DNA from: a virus
Virus record (IMG/VR): IMGVR_UViG_3300044632_001218
Direction: 5' to 3' (one strand)
DNA: 64,000 bases
Shown here: positions 9,601-17,950 of the stretch, piece by piece
Position numbering within the stretch: the stretch's first letter is position 1
How the letters are laid out: each line of letters starts with the position of its first letter
Position numbers and translations under genes: made by a program
Notes under the pieces: model-generated
Told to the model about the DNA's origin: nothing
Database searches by the model: none
The model's input: only the letters and a program-made list of their open reading frames with translations

Positions 9601-10765
9601 AGTTAATTCAGAAGAAAACAAAATGCCAGAAGGAATGACAGTATTTAATACAACACAAGTCAATACCAAAAAACAACCAATGTTTTTTGGAAACCCTTTG
9701 GGTGTTCAAAGATATGATCAATACAAATATCCTGTATTTGATAAATTAACTCAACAACAACTTGGATACTTCTGGAGACCAGAAGAAATTTCTCTTCAAA
9801 AAGATAGGGCAGATTATCATACTCTCAGACCAGAACAAAAACACATCTTCACATCAAATCTAAAGTATCAGATTCTTCTTGATTCAGTTCAAGGAAGAGG
9901 TCCTGGTATGGCATTTATTCCATACTGCTCTCTTCCTGAATTGGAGGCATGTATGACTGTATGGGAATTCATGGAAATGATTCACTCTAGGTCTTATACT
10001 TACATTATCAAAAATGTATACTCAGATCCATCAGAAGTTTTTGATACTATTCTAACCAACGACAAGATTTTGGAGAGGGCATCTTCAGTAACACAAGCTT
10101 ATGATGACTTTATTAATTCAGCACAAAAGTATGGAACTTCTAATGATTGGATATTTGCACAAGAAGGTGCAGGGTATGCTAAAGAAGAAAGAATTGAATT
10201 AAAAAGAAAACTTTACAGAGCAATTGCTAATGTCAACATTCTCGAAGGTATCAGGTTTTATGTCTCTTTCGCTTGCTCGTTTGCGTTTGGTGAACTCAAA
10301 CTTATGGAAGGATCAGCTAAAATTATCTCTCTTATCGCCAGAGATGAAAATCAGCATCTTGTCATTACTCAAAACATCATCAACAAGTGGCGTGAAGGAG
10401 ATGATTCAGAAATGCAACAAATTGCTAAAGAAGAAGAGGACTGGGTAATCAATGCATTCAAGACTTGTGTAGACCAAGAAAAAGCATGGGCACAATATTT
10501 GTTCAAGGATGGTTCTATGATTGGTCTTAATGATAAACTTCTCAACAATTATGTTGAGTGGATTGCTAATAGAAGAATGAGATCTATTGGTCTTAAGACA
10601 ATTTATGATATTGCTGCTAAAAATAATCCACTTCCCTGGACTGAGCACTGGATTTCCTCTAAAGGACTTCAAGTAGCACCACAAGAAACAGAAGTTGAAA
10701 GTTATGTGGTTGGAGGAATCAAACAAGACGTGAAGAAAGATACCTTTGCTGGATTCAAACTGTAG
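9581..10765 (+). CDS. nrdB: ribonucleotide reductase class Ia beta subunit
   Basis: FWRPEE, EMIHSRSY with the radical Tyr, EGIRF, DENQH, and VAPQETEVESY. Confidence 0.97.
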   Translation: MNPVKFRVNSEENKMPEGMTVFNTTQVNTKKQPMFFGNPLGVQRYDQYKYPVFDKLTQQQLGYFWRPEEISLQKDRADYHTLRPEQKHIFTSNLKYQILLDSVQGRGPGMAFIPYCSLPELEACMTVWEFMEMIHSRSYTYIIKNVYSDPSEVFDTILTNDKILERASSVTQAYDDFINSAQKYGTSNDWIFAQEGAGYAKEERIELKRKLYRAIANVNILEGIRFYVSFACSFAFGELKLMEGSAKIISLIARDENQHLVITQNIINKWREGDDSEMQQIAKEEEDWVINAFKTCVDQEKAWAQYLFKDGSMIGLNDKLLNNYVEWIANRRMRSIGLKTIYDIAAKNNPLPWTEHWISSKGLQVAPQETEVESYVVGGIKQDVKKDTFAGFKL

Positions 10766-10776
10766 CAGATTATACA
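10761..10776 (+). promoter_or_regulatory. NtcA-binding site
   Basis: TGTA-GCAGATTA-TACA is an exact TGTA-N8-TACA; it overlaps the nrdB stop. Confidence 0.65.
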
Positions 10777-10799
10777 AAATAAAATTATAAAATAATATA

Positions 10800-10853
10800 C
10801 GTTCATTTGCTATTTGCAAATAGCAAACGGAAGTAGGGAAACTGAAGGAACGC
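10800..10853 (+). ncRNA. glutamine riboswitch-like RNA (glnA / Downstream-peptide class)
   Basis: P1 CGTTC/GAACG, P2 TTTGCTATTTGCAAATAGCAAA hairpin, GGAAGTA...GAAG loop-E, and a GAAA-capped short stem; matches the remembered consensus. Confidence 0.8.
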
Positions 10854-10884
10854 ACCAATACCCATAAAGTAAAGGAGCAAACCT

Positions 10885-10965
10885 ATGGCGCTTATTTTAA
10901 TCAAACAAAAAATTATGAAAGAAAGAAGACTGTATGAAGCACAACTTCATATGGCAACTCGTTGA
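10885..10965 (+). CDS. 26-aa riboswitch-associated peptide MALILIKQKIMKERRLYEAQLHMATR (not in ORF track)
   Basis: AAAGGAG SD at 10871-10877, ATG at 10885, terminator directly downstream. Confidence 0.75.
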   Translation: MALILIKQKIMKERRLYEAQLHMATR

Positions 10966-10973
10966 AGATTTGA

Positions 10974-10999
10974 GAGGGTCCTTGTGACCCTCTTTTTTT
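10974..10999 (+). terminator. intrinsic terminator
   Basis: GAGGGTC-cttgt-GACCCTC followed by a T-tract. Confidence 0.85.
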
Positions 11000-11006
11000 A
11001 TAAATA
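10999..11006 (+). promoter_or_regulatory. T4-type late promoter
   Basis: Exact TATAAATA upstream of 11027. Confidence 0.8.
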
Positions 11007-11026
11007 CTTAAAAACTTGTATTAGAT

Positions 11027-11638
11027 ATGGCTGGATTAAACAACATCAGAGAAGCATATGACCAAGTTTATGCTCAAGTGGTTGAGAGAATGGACCCAGA
11101 AGAAAGAGAACTGAGAAGAGCAGAGGTTGCTGATAGAAAGGCAAGTAGAATGGACTCTAAGGTTGCTGCTAAGTATGCAGGGTCAGAAGCACAATCAGCA
11201 GCAAGAGCAGATAAGAAATCAAAAGGTAAGCACATTCATGGAATGGCAGATTCCTATGATGTTGAAGGAGACCTTGTAGATGAAGCTAGAAAACCATCTC
11301 AAATTGCAAAAATAAAGAAATTGAATGCTCTGATGAATCAGAGACATCAAGAGAATGAAAAGGCAAGAAAGGAGATGATAGGAACTCAGGCACACAAAGA
11401 TATGGTGAAAGCTGCCTCAAGACATTTTGAAGAAACTGAACTTTCAGAAAGAGAACTTGACCCAACAGAAACCAGAGAAAAAGAAAGACTTGTAAAAGGT
11501 CTCAAGAAGTCTGCTGGTGATTTTAAACAAAGATATGGGGCAAGAGCAAAATCAGTAATGTATGCTACTGCCACAAAGATGGCTAAAGACAGGATGGACA
11601 CATCCAAGTCAGACAGGAGATATGGTGTTGAGGGATGA
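11027..11638 (+). CDS. charged late protein, putative internal head protein
   Basis: Late promoter; K/R/E-rich; KERLVKGLKK...FKQRYG.RAKSVMYATATKMAK module. Confidence 0.55.
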   Translation: MAGLNNIREAYDQVYAQVVERMDPEERELRRAEVADRKASRMDSKVAAKYAGSEAQSAARADKKSKGKHIHGMADSYDVEGDLVDEARKPSQIAKIKKLNALMNQRHQENEKARKEMIGTQAHKDMVKAASRHFEETELSERELDPTETREKERLVKGLKKSAGDFKQRYGARAKSVMYATATKMAKDRMDTSKSDRRYGVEG

Positions 11639-12090
11639 AGTTTAACTTCCAATTTGGAAAGAAACAAAAAACAATATGGGACTATGCTTTTTGGAGCATA
11701 GTCCTTTTTTCTTTAGTCGCACTTTTATCATCAGTATTCAAAGTCAATGAAAAAACTATATGGATGTGGATAGACCAAATACAACGAGAATTAATTAGAA
11801 GAAATATATTACCTCAAGATAATCCAATACAAGATGAAATCCTTAACAATCCAGAACTTCTGAAAGAAAGAATCAAAGGTGATGTAGATGCTGCTCTAAG
11901 GGACTATGAGAGATGGGAGTCCTCCATCCCTCCCAGAATGACTAACAAGACCATTCTGGATGGTCTGAGGTCCCCAAGATTCTCTGACACTCAGAGGTTG
12001 GTCGTGAAGGATTCTATTTACTATGAGTGCCCTGAAGGAGTTATGGGTATCAGAGGAGCATGGGTTGACAAAGACCCTCAATGTGATTAA
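11635..12090 (+). CDS. membrane-anchored hypothetical protein
   Basis: N-terminal hydrophobic helix YAFWSIVLFSLVALLSSVF. Confidence 0.6.
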   Translation: MKFNFQFGKKQKTIWDYAFWSIVLFSLVALLSSVFKVNEKTIWMWIDQIQRELIRRNILPQDNPIQDEILNNPELLKERIKGDVDAALRDYERWESSIPPRMTNKTILDGLRSPRFSDTQRLVVKDSIYYECPEGVMGIRGAWVDKDPQCD

Positions 12091-12142
12091 AATCACTCTG
12101 TTAGGTTTGAAGGATAAATAATAGCTTATAGGATTTACTTAT

Positions 12143-12601
12143 ATGAGCTATGATAATCCTTGGAAATATCAAGGAAAGGTCTTTGAATCAGAAGATATTC
12201 AAGACAACTTTGGATTTGTTTATCTTATCACAAATAAAATAAATTCAAAACAATATATTGGCAGAAAGTATCTGTGGCAATTTAGAACGCCAAAAGGTAA
12301 GAAGAGAAAAGTAAAATCAGAATCTGATTGGAAGAATTATTATGGGTCTTGTCCAGAGCTTAAAGAAGATATTGTTAAGTATGGCAGAGAAAACTTTGTT
12401 AGAGTTATCTTGTCGTTACATAAAACACCAGGCAAAACTAATTATGAGGAGACGAGACAACTCTTTGTCAACAATGTCCTCACTGAATCCCTTGACAACG
12501 GAGACCCAGCATTCTACAATAGTAACATCCTGTCAAGATACTTCAGAAAAGATTATTATGAATTCGATGCAAATGCAGAAGATGTGTCAGAAACAAGTTG
12601 A
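12143..12601 (+). CDS. denA: GIY-YIG endonuclease II-like protein
   Basis: GFVY...YIGRK, WKNYYGSC, YEE...LF...VL...YN.NI pattern of the T4 EndoII family. Confidence 0.75.
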   Translation: MSYDNPWKYQGKVFESEDIQDNFGFVYLITNKINSKQYIGRKYLWQFRTPKGKKRKVKSESDWKNYYGSCPELKEDIVKYGRENFVRVILSLHKTPGKTNYEETRQLFVNNVLTESLDNGDPAFYNSNILSRYFRKDYYEFDANAEDVSETS

Positions 12602-12743
12602 TGCAGTAGTTGATAGAATGCATGAATTGTGTGCAAAAGGTCAGTATGAAGATGCTAATGCACTATATTCTGAAATTAGTGACTGGATTGGTAATGTAAA
12701 AGGTCATGAAGTAATGTCGCTTGACTATCTTAACGAAATGTGA
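12558..12743 (+). CDS. small hypothetical protein
   Basis: ATG at 12558 within the longer tracked ORF; overlaps the denA 3' end. Confidence 0.5.
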   Translation: MNSMQMQKMCQKQVDAVVDRMHELCAKGQYEDANALYSEISDWIGNVKGHEVMSLDYLNEM

Positions 12744-12800
12744 GATAATAAATAATCATTCATTATGATTCTTATTATGAGACTGTGATAATGATTTTAG

Positions 12801-12860
12801 AGCCCAGGAGATTCCCCCTTGAAAGAGGGGAAGTGCGGTTTCTCTATTGGGATGTAGAGT
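12801..12860 (+). ncRNA. unassigned structured 5' leader
   Basis: CCCAGGAGA pairs with TCTCTATTGGG and encloses a GAAA-tetraloop hairpin; GC-rich in an AT-rich gap. Confidence 0.45.
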
Positions 12861-12873
12861 TCAATTAAAACTA

Positions 12874-13512
12874 GTGCAAAATTTCTTTACAGTAGCCGTT
12901 CCTCTTATGGCAATGGTTACAACCACGGCAACACTGCCTTCAGTGTTTCCTCCTCCACCTGTGAGTGGTCTTCCACAATATTCAATTATTCAAGAGGAGC
13001 CTACATCAAAGACAGCAATTCGAAAGGTTGCTCCAGAAAAACCAAAAGAGAAAAGGTTAATTTGTAAAGGGTGTAATGAAAATGAAAATGTAGCTCTGGA
13101 ATATTTCCAGAACATTGGAATTAAAGACAAAAACGCCCTTGCTACTATCATGGGTAACATTCGTCAGGAATCAACTTTTGTTCCTAACATTTGTGAAGGT
13201 GGTAGCAAAACCAGTTGGAGTAACTGTGGACGCGGTTACGGACTGATTCAATGGACATCTGCTAATAGATATTATGGGTTGGGTGACTTTGCTAAAAAGT
13301 ATGGTGGTTCACCATCATCACTTCACACACAACTTCGTTATTTGAGGAATGAGGTTCAGTGGCAGGAGATTGAGGAGAAGATGAAAACTCCTGGAAAATC
13401 AATCAATCGTTACATGGACTATGCTTATAGTTGGATTGGATGGGGGCATCATGGTGCTCGTACATCTTATGCCCATGACTATGCTTCTCGTCTAATTCTG
13501 GCAGAAGTTTAA
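12874..13512 (+). CDS. lysozyme-like cell-wall hydrolase (phage tail lysozyme family) with signal peptide
   Basis: ALATIMGNIRQES, GYGLIQWT, QLRYL; GTG start, hydrophobic leader, then a Pro-rich linker. Confidence 0.7.
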   Translation: MQNFFTVAVPLMAMVTTTATLPSVFPPPPVSGLPQYSIIQEEPTSKTAIRKVAPEKPKEKRLICKGCNENENVALEYFQNIGIKDKNALATIMGNIRQESTFVPNICEGGSKTSWSNCGRGYGLIQWTSANRYYGLGDFAKKYGGSPSSLHTQLRYLRNEVQWQEIEEKMKTPGKSINRYMDYAYSWIGWGHHGARTSYAHDYASRLILAEV

Positions 13513-13518
13513 TCATAC

Positions 13519-13548
13519 TTGACAACTGAATATTAGGGAGGTTATAAT
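13519..13548 (+). promoter_or_regulatory. sigma70-type promoter for tRNA-Gly
   Basis: TTGACA-N18-TATAAT; the -10 lies in the loop of a GGGAGG/CCTCCC hairpin. Confidence 0.7.
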
Positions 13549-13560
13549 CCTCCCATACAT

Positions 13561-13631
13561 GCGGGTATAGTTTAGGGGTAAAATGCCATCCTTCCAAGTT
13601 GGAGTCACCAGTTCGAATCTGGTTACCCGCT
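13561..13631 (+). tRNA. tRNA-Gly(UCC)
   Basis: GCGGGTA/TACCCGC acceptor stem, anticodon loop CTTCCAA, GTTCGAAT T-loop; CCA not encoded. Confidence 0.95.
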
Positions 13632-13658
13632 TCCCTATATAAAAAAATATGAAGAACA

Positions 13659-13913
13659 ATGTTAAAAATCAGATGCAAAAATTGCAATATAGAATTAGAA
13701 TCTCACCCAACCAAAACTAAGTGTTGTGGGTGTGAGAATATGACCACAGTAAGAGGAGAAAACATTAGTGGTATTAATTTAAACCTTGTAGAAATCATAT
13801 ATTCAGAGTATAATAAGAAGAGCACTAATGCAGTGCTATCAAATCAAGACCTGGCATTTCAGGAAGAACGTAAAAATCGTAAAGTTAGAAAAATGGAGTT
13901 TGAAATTAGATGA
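13659..13913 (+). CDS. small zinc-ribbon hypothetical protein
   Basis: CKNC...CCGC. Confidence 0.7.
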   Translation: MLKIRCKNCNIELESHPTKTKCCGCENMTTVRGENISGINLNLVEIIYSEYNKKSTNAVLSNQDLAFQEERKNRKVRKMEFEIR

Positions 13914-14065
13914 GTTGGGAACCACCAAAGTTGTCAAAACCTGACATTGAGTTTATTACTTTGGCATTAGATGAATACATATATTATTCCAAACAAGATG
14001 GAATAGATGTAAAAGAAGCAGAGCAAATATGGTTAAGATTAAATGACCACCTGCAAAAATTCTAA
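13910..14065 (+). CDS. small hypothetical protein (51 aa; not in track)
   Basis: ATGA overlap with the upstream stop; MSWEPPKLSK...LQKF. Confidence 0.55.
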   Translation: MSWEPPKLSKPDIEFITLALDEYIYYSKQDGIDVKEAEQIWLRLNDHLQKF

Positions 14066-14221
14066 ATGGACGATCACACCTATAATAATTGGGTGAAAAT
14101 AAAAACAACATTTGAAGAATCTGGCAATACAAATAATATGTTTTATAGGAGGGCTTGTGAGATAATAAAAACTAAACACGACCCCCTTAAAAAGTTTCTT
14201 GAAGGGAGCAATGAAACCTGA
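14066..14221 (+). CDS. small hypothetical protein (51 aa; not in track)
   Basis: ATG directly after the previous TAA; MDDHTYNNWVKIK...FYRRACEI. Confidence 0.6.
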   Translation: MDDHTYNNWVKIKTTFEESGNTNNMFYRRACEIIKTKHDPLKKFLEGSNET

Positions 14222-14357
14222 AGAAGTTCAAAAGATGATTGATGCTGCTATTGACAAGCACAATAAAACTGCTACAATGATTAGTGCAAGCATTGGTTCA
14301 GTCTTGCTTTTCTTTTATGCTCATGGTGTAATCAGTATTATTGATAAAATGAAATGA
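14211..14357 (+). CDS. small membrane protein (48 aa; not in track)
   Basis: GGAG SD; C-terminal hydrophobic helix. Confidence 0.55.
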   Translation: MKPEEVQKMIDAAIDKHNKTATMISASIGSVLLFFYAHGVISIIDKMK

Positions 14358-14524
14358 ATACTTATACAGTGGAAGAATTTCAAAACAACTTTGACAATCT
14401 TATTGGCAGAGTTGAAAATGGCGAACACATTACAATTATTAATGAAGAAGGACAAACAGTAGTCATGATTCCTGCAGATGATGAATTAGTGAAAATACAC
14501 ACACAGCACAATGATGCTCCATAA
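14354..14524 (+). CDS. Phd/YefM antitoxin-like protein (56 aa; not in track)
   Basis: YTVEEFQNNFDNLIGRVENGEHITI...TVVMIP resembles the Phd/YefM beta-alpha-alpha-beta-beta pattern. Confidence 0.55.
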   Translation: MNTYTVEEFQNNFDNLIGRVENGEHITIINEEGQTVVMIPADDELVKIHTQHNDAP

Positions 14525-14531
14525 GTTTTGT

Positions 14532-14602
14532 GGGGGTATAGCTTAATGGTAGAGCGGCCTGCTTATAACGGGTTGGTCTGGGTTCAATTCCCAGTATCCC
14601 TA
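14532..14602 (+). tRNA. tRNA-Ile(UAU)
   Basis: Cloverleaf with anticodon stem GCCTG/CGGGT, loop CTTATAA, and T-arm CTGGG-TTCAATT-CCCAG. Confidence 0.88.
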
Positions 14603-14620
14603 TTGTCCCGGTTATGACAA

Positions 14621-14797
14621 AAAACTGAGCCCTGGTCGGGAAAGAACCCCCTTCAGTCATGGAGAGACTTTAAAAATCCTGGTGGAGTCATATGACCCTC
14701 ATTAGGTTTCCAATTTCCTCAAAGAATTGGTGGTGCGGATGGAGGATACTCCCGCCTGGTTTCCAATTTCCAGTTAAAGAATTGGTGGCGAGCCTGC
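14621..14797 (+). ncRNA. manA/wcaG-class cyanophage structured RNA
   Basis: tRNA-adjacent, GC-rich, multi-hairpin and upstream of a GDP-mannose gene; duplicated unit GGTTTCCAATTTCC..AAAGAATTGGTGG. Family assignment is from memory. Confidence 0.55.
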
Positions 14798-14810
14798 AAA
14801 AACGGAATTT

Positions 14811-14846
14811 AGAGGGGTTGCATAAACTCCTCTTTTTTTGTATAAT
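14811..14846 (+). promoter_or_regulatory. terminator hairpin overlapping a sigma70 promoter
   Basis: AGAGGGGTT/AACTCCTCT stem plus T-tract; TTGCAT(14818)-N17-TATAAT(14841). Confidence 0.75.
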
Positions 14847-14867
14847 AATATAAAAAGTATTTTGTAT

Positions 14868-15869
14868 ATGAAAGTTGCTTTAATCACTGGTATTACAGGA
14901 CAAGATGGATCTTATCTTGCTGAACTTCTTTTGGAAAAAGGATATGAAGTTCATGGAATTATTCGTAGAAGTTCTCTTATCAATACTGATAGAATTGATC
15001 ACATTTATTCCCAATTGAAACTTCATTATGGTGATTTGTCTGATGCTACTAATTTAATTAGAATTATCCAAGAAGTTCAACCTAATGAAATCTATAATCT
15101 TGGTGCTCAAAGTCATGTAAAAGTTTCTTTTGAAATGCCAGAGTTTACTGGACAAGTTGATGGACTTGGGACTCTTCGTATTCTTGAAGCAGTTAGATTG
15201 CTTAGATTGGAAAATAAAACTAGAATCTATCAGGCATCTACATCTGAACTATATGGATTAGTTCAAGAGATTCCTCAAAGAGAAACCACTCCATTTTATC
15301 CTCGTTCACCTTATGGTGTTGCTAAAATTTATGGATATTGGATTGTAAAAAACTATAGAGAATCTTATGGGATGCACGCAAGTTCAGGCATTTTGTTTAA
15401 TCATGAATCTCCAAGACGTGGTGAAACATTTGTGACTAGAAAAATTACTCTTGGTCTTTCTAATATTCAAAAAGGAAATCAAGATTGTCTTTATCTTGGC
15501 AATCTAAATGCTAAAAGGGATTGGGGACATGCTAAAGACTTTGTAGAAGCAATGTGGTTGATGCTCCAGCAGGATACTCCTGATGACTATGTGATTGCTA
15601 CTGGTAAACAATATTCAGTCAAACAGTTTGTAGAAGAATCTGCACCATACTTTGGAATGGATATTGTGTGGAGTGGTGAAGGTCTTGATGAAGTTGGTAT
15701 TGATAATAATAGTCAAAGGATAGTCATTAGAGTTGATCCTAAATATTTTAGACCTGCTGAAGTTGAAACTTTGTTAGGTGATGCCTCTAAGGCAAAGGAA
15801 CAATTAGGTTGGGAACCTAAAACTTCATTTACAGAATTGGTTGAGGATATGTGTAAAAATGGACTTTGA
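14868..15869 (+). CDS. gmd: GDP-mannose 4,6-dehydratase
   Basis: [50 protein letters not shown]. Confidence 0.97.
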   Translation: MKVALITGITGQDGSYLAELLLEKGYEVHGIIRRSSLINTDRIDHIYSQLKLHYGDLSDATNLIRIIQEVQPNEIYNLGAQSHVKVSFEMPEFTGQVDGLGTLRILEAVRLLRLENKTRIYQASTSELYGLVQEIPQRETTPFYPRSPYGVAKIYGYWIVKNYRESYGMHASSGILFNHESPRRGETFVTRKITLGLSNIQKGNQDCLYLGNLNAKRDWGHAKDFVEAMWLMLQQDTPDDYVIATGKQYSVKQFVEESAPYFGMDIVWSGEGLDEVGIDNNSQRIVIRVDPKYFRPAEVETLLGDASKAKEQLGWEPKTSFTELVEDMCKNGL

Positions 15870-16803
15870 TAGTAAAATTTTTGTAGCAGGACATAGAGGG
15901 CTTGTTGGTTCTGCGTTAGTTAGAAAACTTAGAGCACAAGGATATGAAAATATTCTTGCAGTTGGGAAAGATGTTGTAGATCTTACTGATGCTGAAGAAG
16001 TTAATTGTTTTTTTAAAGTAAAAAAACCAGAATATGTTTTTCTTGCTGCAGCAAAAGTAGGTGGGATTGGATATAATAAAGAATATCCTGCAGACTTCAT
16101 TAGGGAGAATCTTCAAATTCAAACTAATGTAATTGATGCTGCTCATAGATATGGATGCAAAAAACTTTTGTTTCTTGGATCTGCTTGCATTTATCCTAAA
16201 CATGCGCCAGTTCCTATTAAAGAAGAATATTTGATGACTGGTCCTCTTGAAGAAACTAACATTTCATATTCCTTAGCAAAGATTGCTGGGTATATGATGT
16301 GTAAAAAATATACAGAACAATATGGAATGGATACTGTTTCTGTAATGCCTAATAATCTTTATGGGATTAACGATAATTTTAATATTTCTCAGTGCCATGT
16401 AATTCCAAGTTTTATCAATAAGTTTATTACTGCAAAAGAAAAGAAACTATCATCAGTTACCTGTTTTGGTGATGGTAGTCCAACCAGAGAATTTTTATTT
16501 TCTGATGATCTTGCTGATGGACTGGTCTTTTTAATGAACAATTATAATGACCCAGAAATCATTAACATTGGTCCTGATAGAGAAGTGAGTATTAAAGAAC
16601 TCTCTGAACTTGTTGCTAAATTAGTTGGATATGAAGGGGAAATTATTTGGGATACCACAAAACCAAATGGAACTCCTAGACGTGCACTTGATAATTCTAA
16701 AATGAATTCTATTGGGTGGAAATCATCCACATCTCTTGAAGATGGATTGAAGACTACTATTGATTGGTTTTTTGAGAATAGGAGTAAGTATGCAAGGGTA
16801 TAG
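15859..16803 (+). CDS. fcl: GDP-L-fucose synthase family epimerase/reductase (Fcl/WcaG/ColC-like)
   Basis: [43 protein letters not shown]. Confidence 0.92.
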   Translation: MDFDSKIFVAGHRGLVGSALVRKLRAQGYENILAVGKDVVDLTDAEEVNCFFKVKKPEYVFLAAAKVGGIGYNKEYPADFIRENLQIQTNVIDAAHRYGCKKLLFLGSACIYPKHAPVPIKEEYLMTGPLEETNISYSLAKIAGYMMCKKYTEQYGMDTVSVMPNNLYGINDNFNISQCHVIPSFINKFITAKEKKLSSVTCFGDGSPTREFLFSDDLADGLVFLMNNYNDPEIINIGPDREVSIKELSELVAKLVGYEGEIIWDTTKPNGTPRRALDNSKMNSIGWKSSTSLEDGLKTTIDWFFENRSKYARV

Positions 16804-17950
16804 ATGGCCACTTATGAAAAACACTTTATCCTTTATGGATAGAGTTAAACTTGCAAAATTTGTTCTCACTTCTGACAAATTTACTCAAGGAAAAAAAGTT
16901 CAAGAGTTTGAGGATGCTTGGTCCAATTGGATTGGTTCTAAACACTCTTTATTTGTAACTTCTGGTAGCACTGCAAACTTTCTTTTAGTTGCTGCTGTGA
17001 TTGAAAAGTATGGATTGAAACCTGGAGATAAAGTTATTTTACCTGCATGTACATGGGTTACAAATATCAATCCCATTTTTCAATTAGGACTTACTCCAAT
17101 TTTTTGTGATATTAACCTTCAAAATTATAGTTTTGATATTGGTAATTTGGAAAGAATATCTGAACAACATCCAGATATTAAAATGGTATTTGTCACACAC
17201 CTTTTGGGTATTCCTGCTGACAACACCAAGTATCAAGAGATTTTCCCAAATGCAATTATTTTAGATGATGTTTGCGAATCTCATGGATGTACTGATTGGG
17301 ATGGCAATAAAGTTGGTTCTAAAAGTTTAGGAGCAACCTTTAGTTTTTACTTTGGACATCACATGTCTACTATTGAAGGTGGAATGATTTCCACTAATGA
17401 TAGTGAACTTTATGATCTAATGAAACTGAAAAGATCTCATGGTTTAGCAAGAGTGTCTGACAACTTTGATTCTTATATCAACAAAAATCCTGAAATTGAA
17501 AAGTCATTTTTATTTGTAACTGATGGATATAACTTTAGAAATACTGAACTTGCTGCAGTTCTTGGTCTATCCCAACTAAAACGACTTGATAAGTTTATTA
17601 AAATAAGAAGAGATAATTATTTTAAATTTCTTGGGGTAGTTTATGAAAATAAAAATTTTTATGCAATCCAACCAAGTTTAGGTAATAGTTGTTTTTGTTT
17701 ACCATTTATTTGTAAAACAAAAGAAATTAAACAAAATTTAATTAAACTTTTTGATAAGTATTCTATTGAATATAGACCTATAGTTGGTGGTAATCTTTTA
17801 AGACAACCATACCTCAATTACAATGTAGAGTGCTCAGAAGATATTTTGAATGTTGATATTGTCCACGAAAATGGAATATACATAGGTAACAGTCAATTTG
17901 TTTCTAGCAAAGAGATTGAAATTATTAAAAAAATTATTGGAGAATTGTAA
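16790..17950 (+). CDS. DegT/DnrJ-fold B6 enzyme, ColD-like GDP-4-keto-6-deoxymannose 3-dehydratase
   Basis: SGSTAN, CESHG, FSFYFGHHMSTIEGG (His in place of the Schiff-base Lys), RPIVGGN. Confidence 0.8.
   Translation: MQGYRWPLMKNTLSFMDRVKLAKFVLTSDKFTQGKKVQEFEDAWSNWIGSKHSLFVTSGSTANFLLVAAVIEKYGLKPGDKVILPACTWVTNINPIFQLGLTPIFCDINLQNYSFDIGNLERISEQHPDIKMVFVTHLLGIPADNTKYQEIFPNAIILDDVCESHGCTDWDGNKVGSKSLGATFSFYFGHHMSTIEGGMISTNDSELYDLMKLKRSHGLARVSDNFDSYINKNPEIEKSFLFVTDGYNFRNTELAAVLGLSQLKRLDKFIKIRRDNYFKFLGVVYENKNFYAIQPSLGNSCFCLPFICKTKEIKQNLIKLFDKYSIEYRPIVGGNLLRQPYLNYNVECSEDILNVDIVHENGIYIGNSQFVSSKEIEIIKKIIGEL

Noticed and set aside
7306-10765. Introns or inteins in nrdA/nrdB (also checked thyX, psbA and tRNA-Leu)
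   Set aside because: All are continuous and of normal length.
10406-10858. 150-aa antisense ORF over nrdB and the riboswitch
   Set aside because: Shadow frame of nrdB with no recognisable motif; most other antisense or nested tracked ORFs were dropped for the same reason.
12143-12601. GIY-YIG ORF as a homing endonuclease or mobile element
   Set aside because: Short single domain with an EndoII-like pattern; it does not interrupt a gene and has no DNA-binding tail.
12801-12860. c-di-GMP-I (GEMM) riboswitch
   Set aside because: It has a GAAA hairpin but lacks the GGCAAA...GACGCAAAGC core; left unassigned.
14603-14620. Fifth copy of the GTCAG-N6-CTGAC palindrome
   Set aside because: TTGTC...GACAA has a spacer 2 nt shorter; more likely a tRNA trailer hairpin.
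14705-14788. Two GTTTCC-starting repeats resembling a mini-CRISPR array
   Set aside because: Only two units of unequal length, a 24-nt self-pairing spacer and no cas genes; better explained as a structured RNA.
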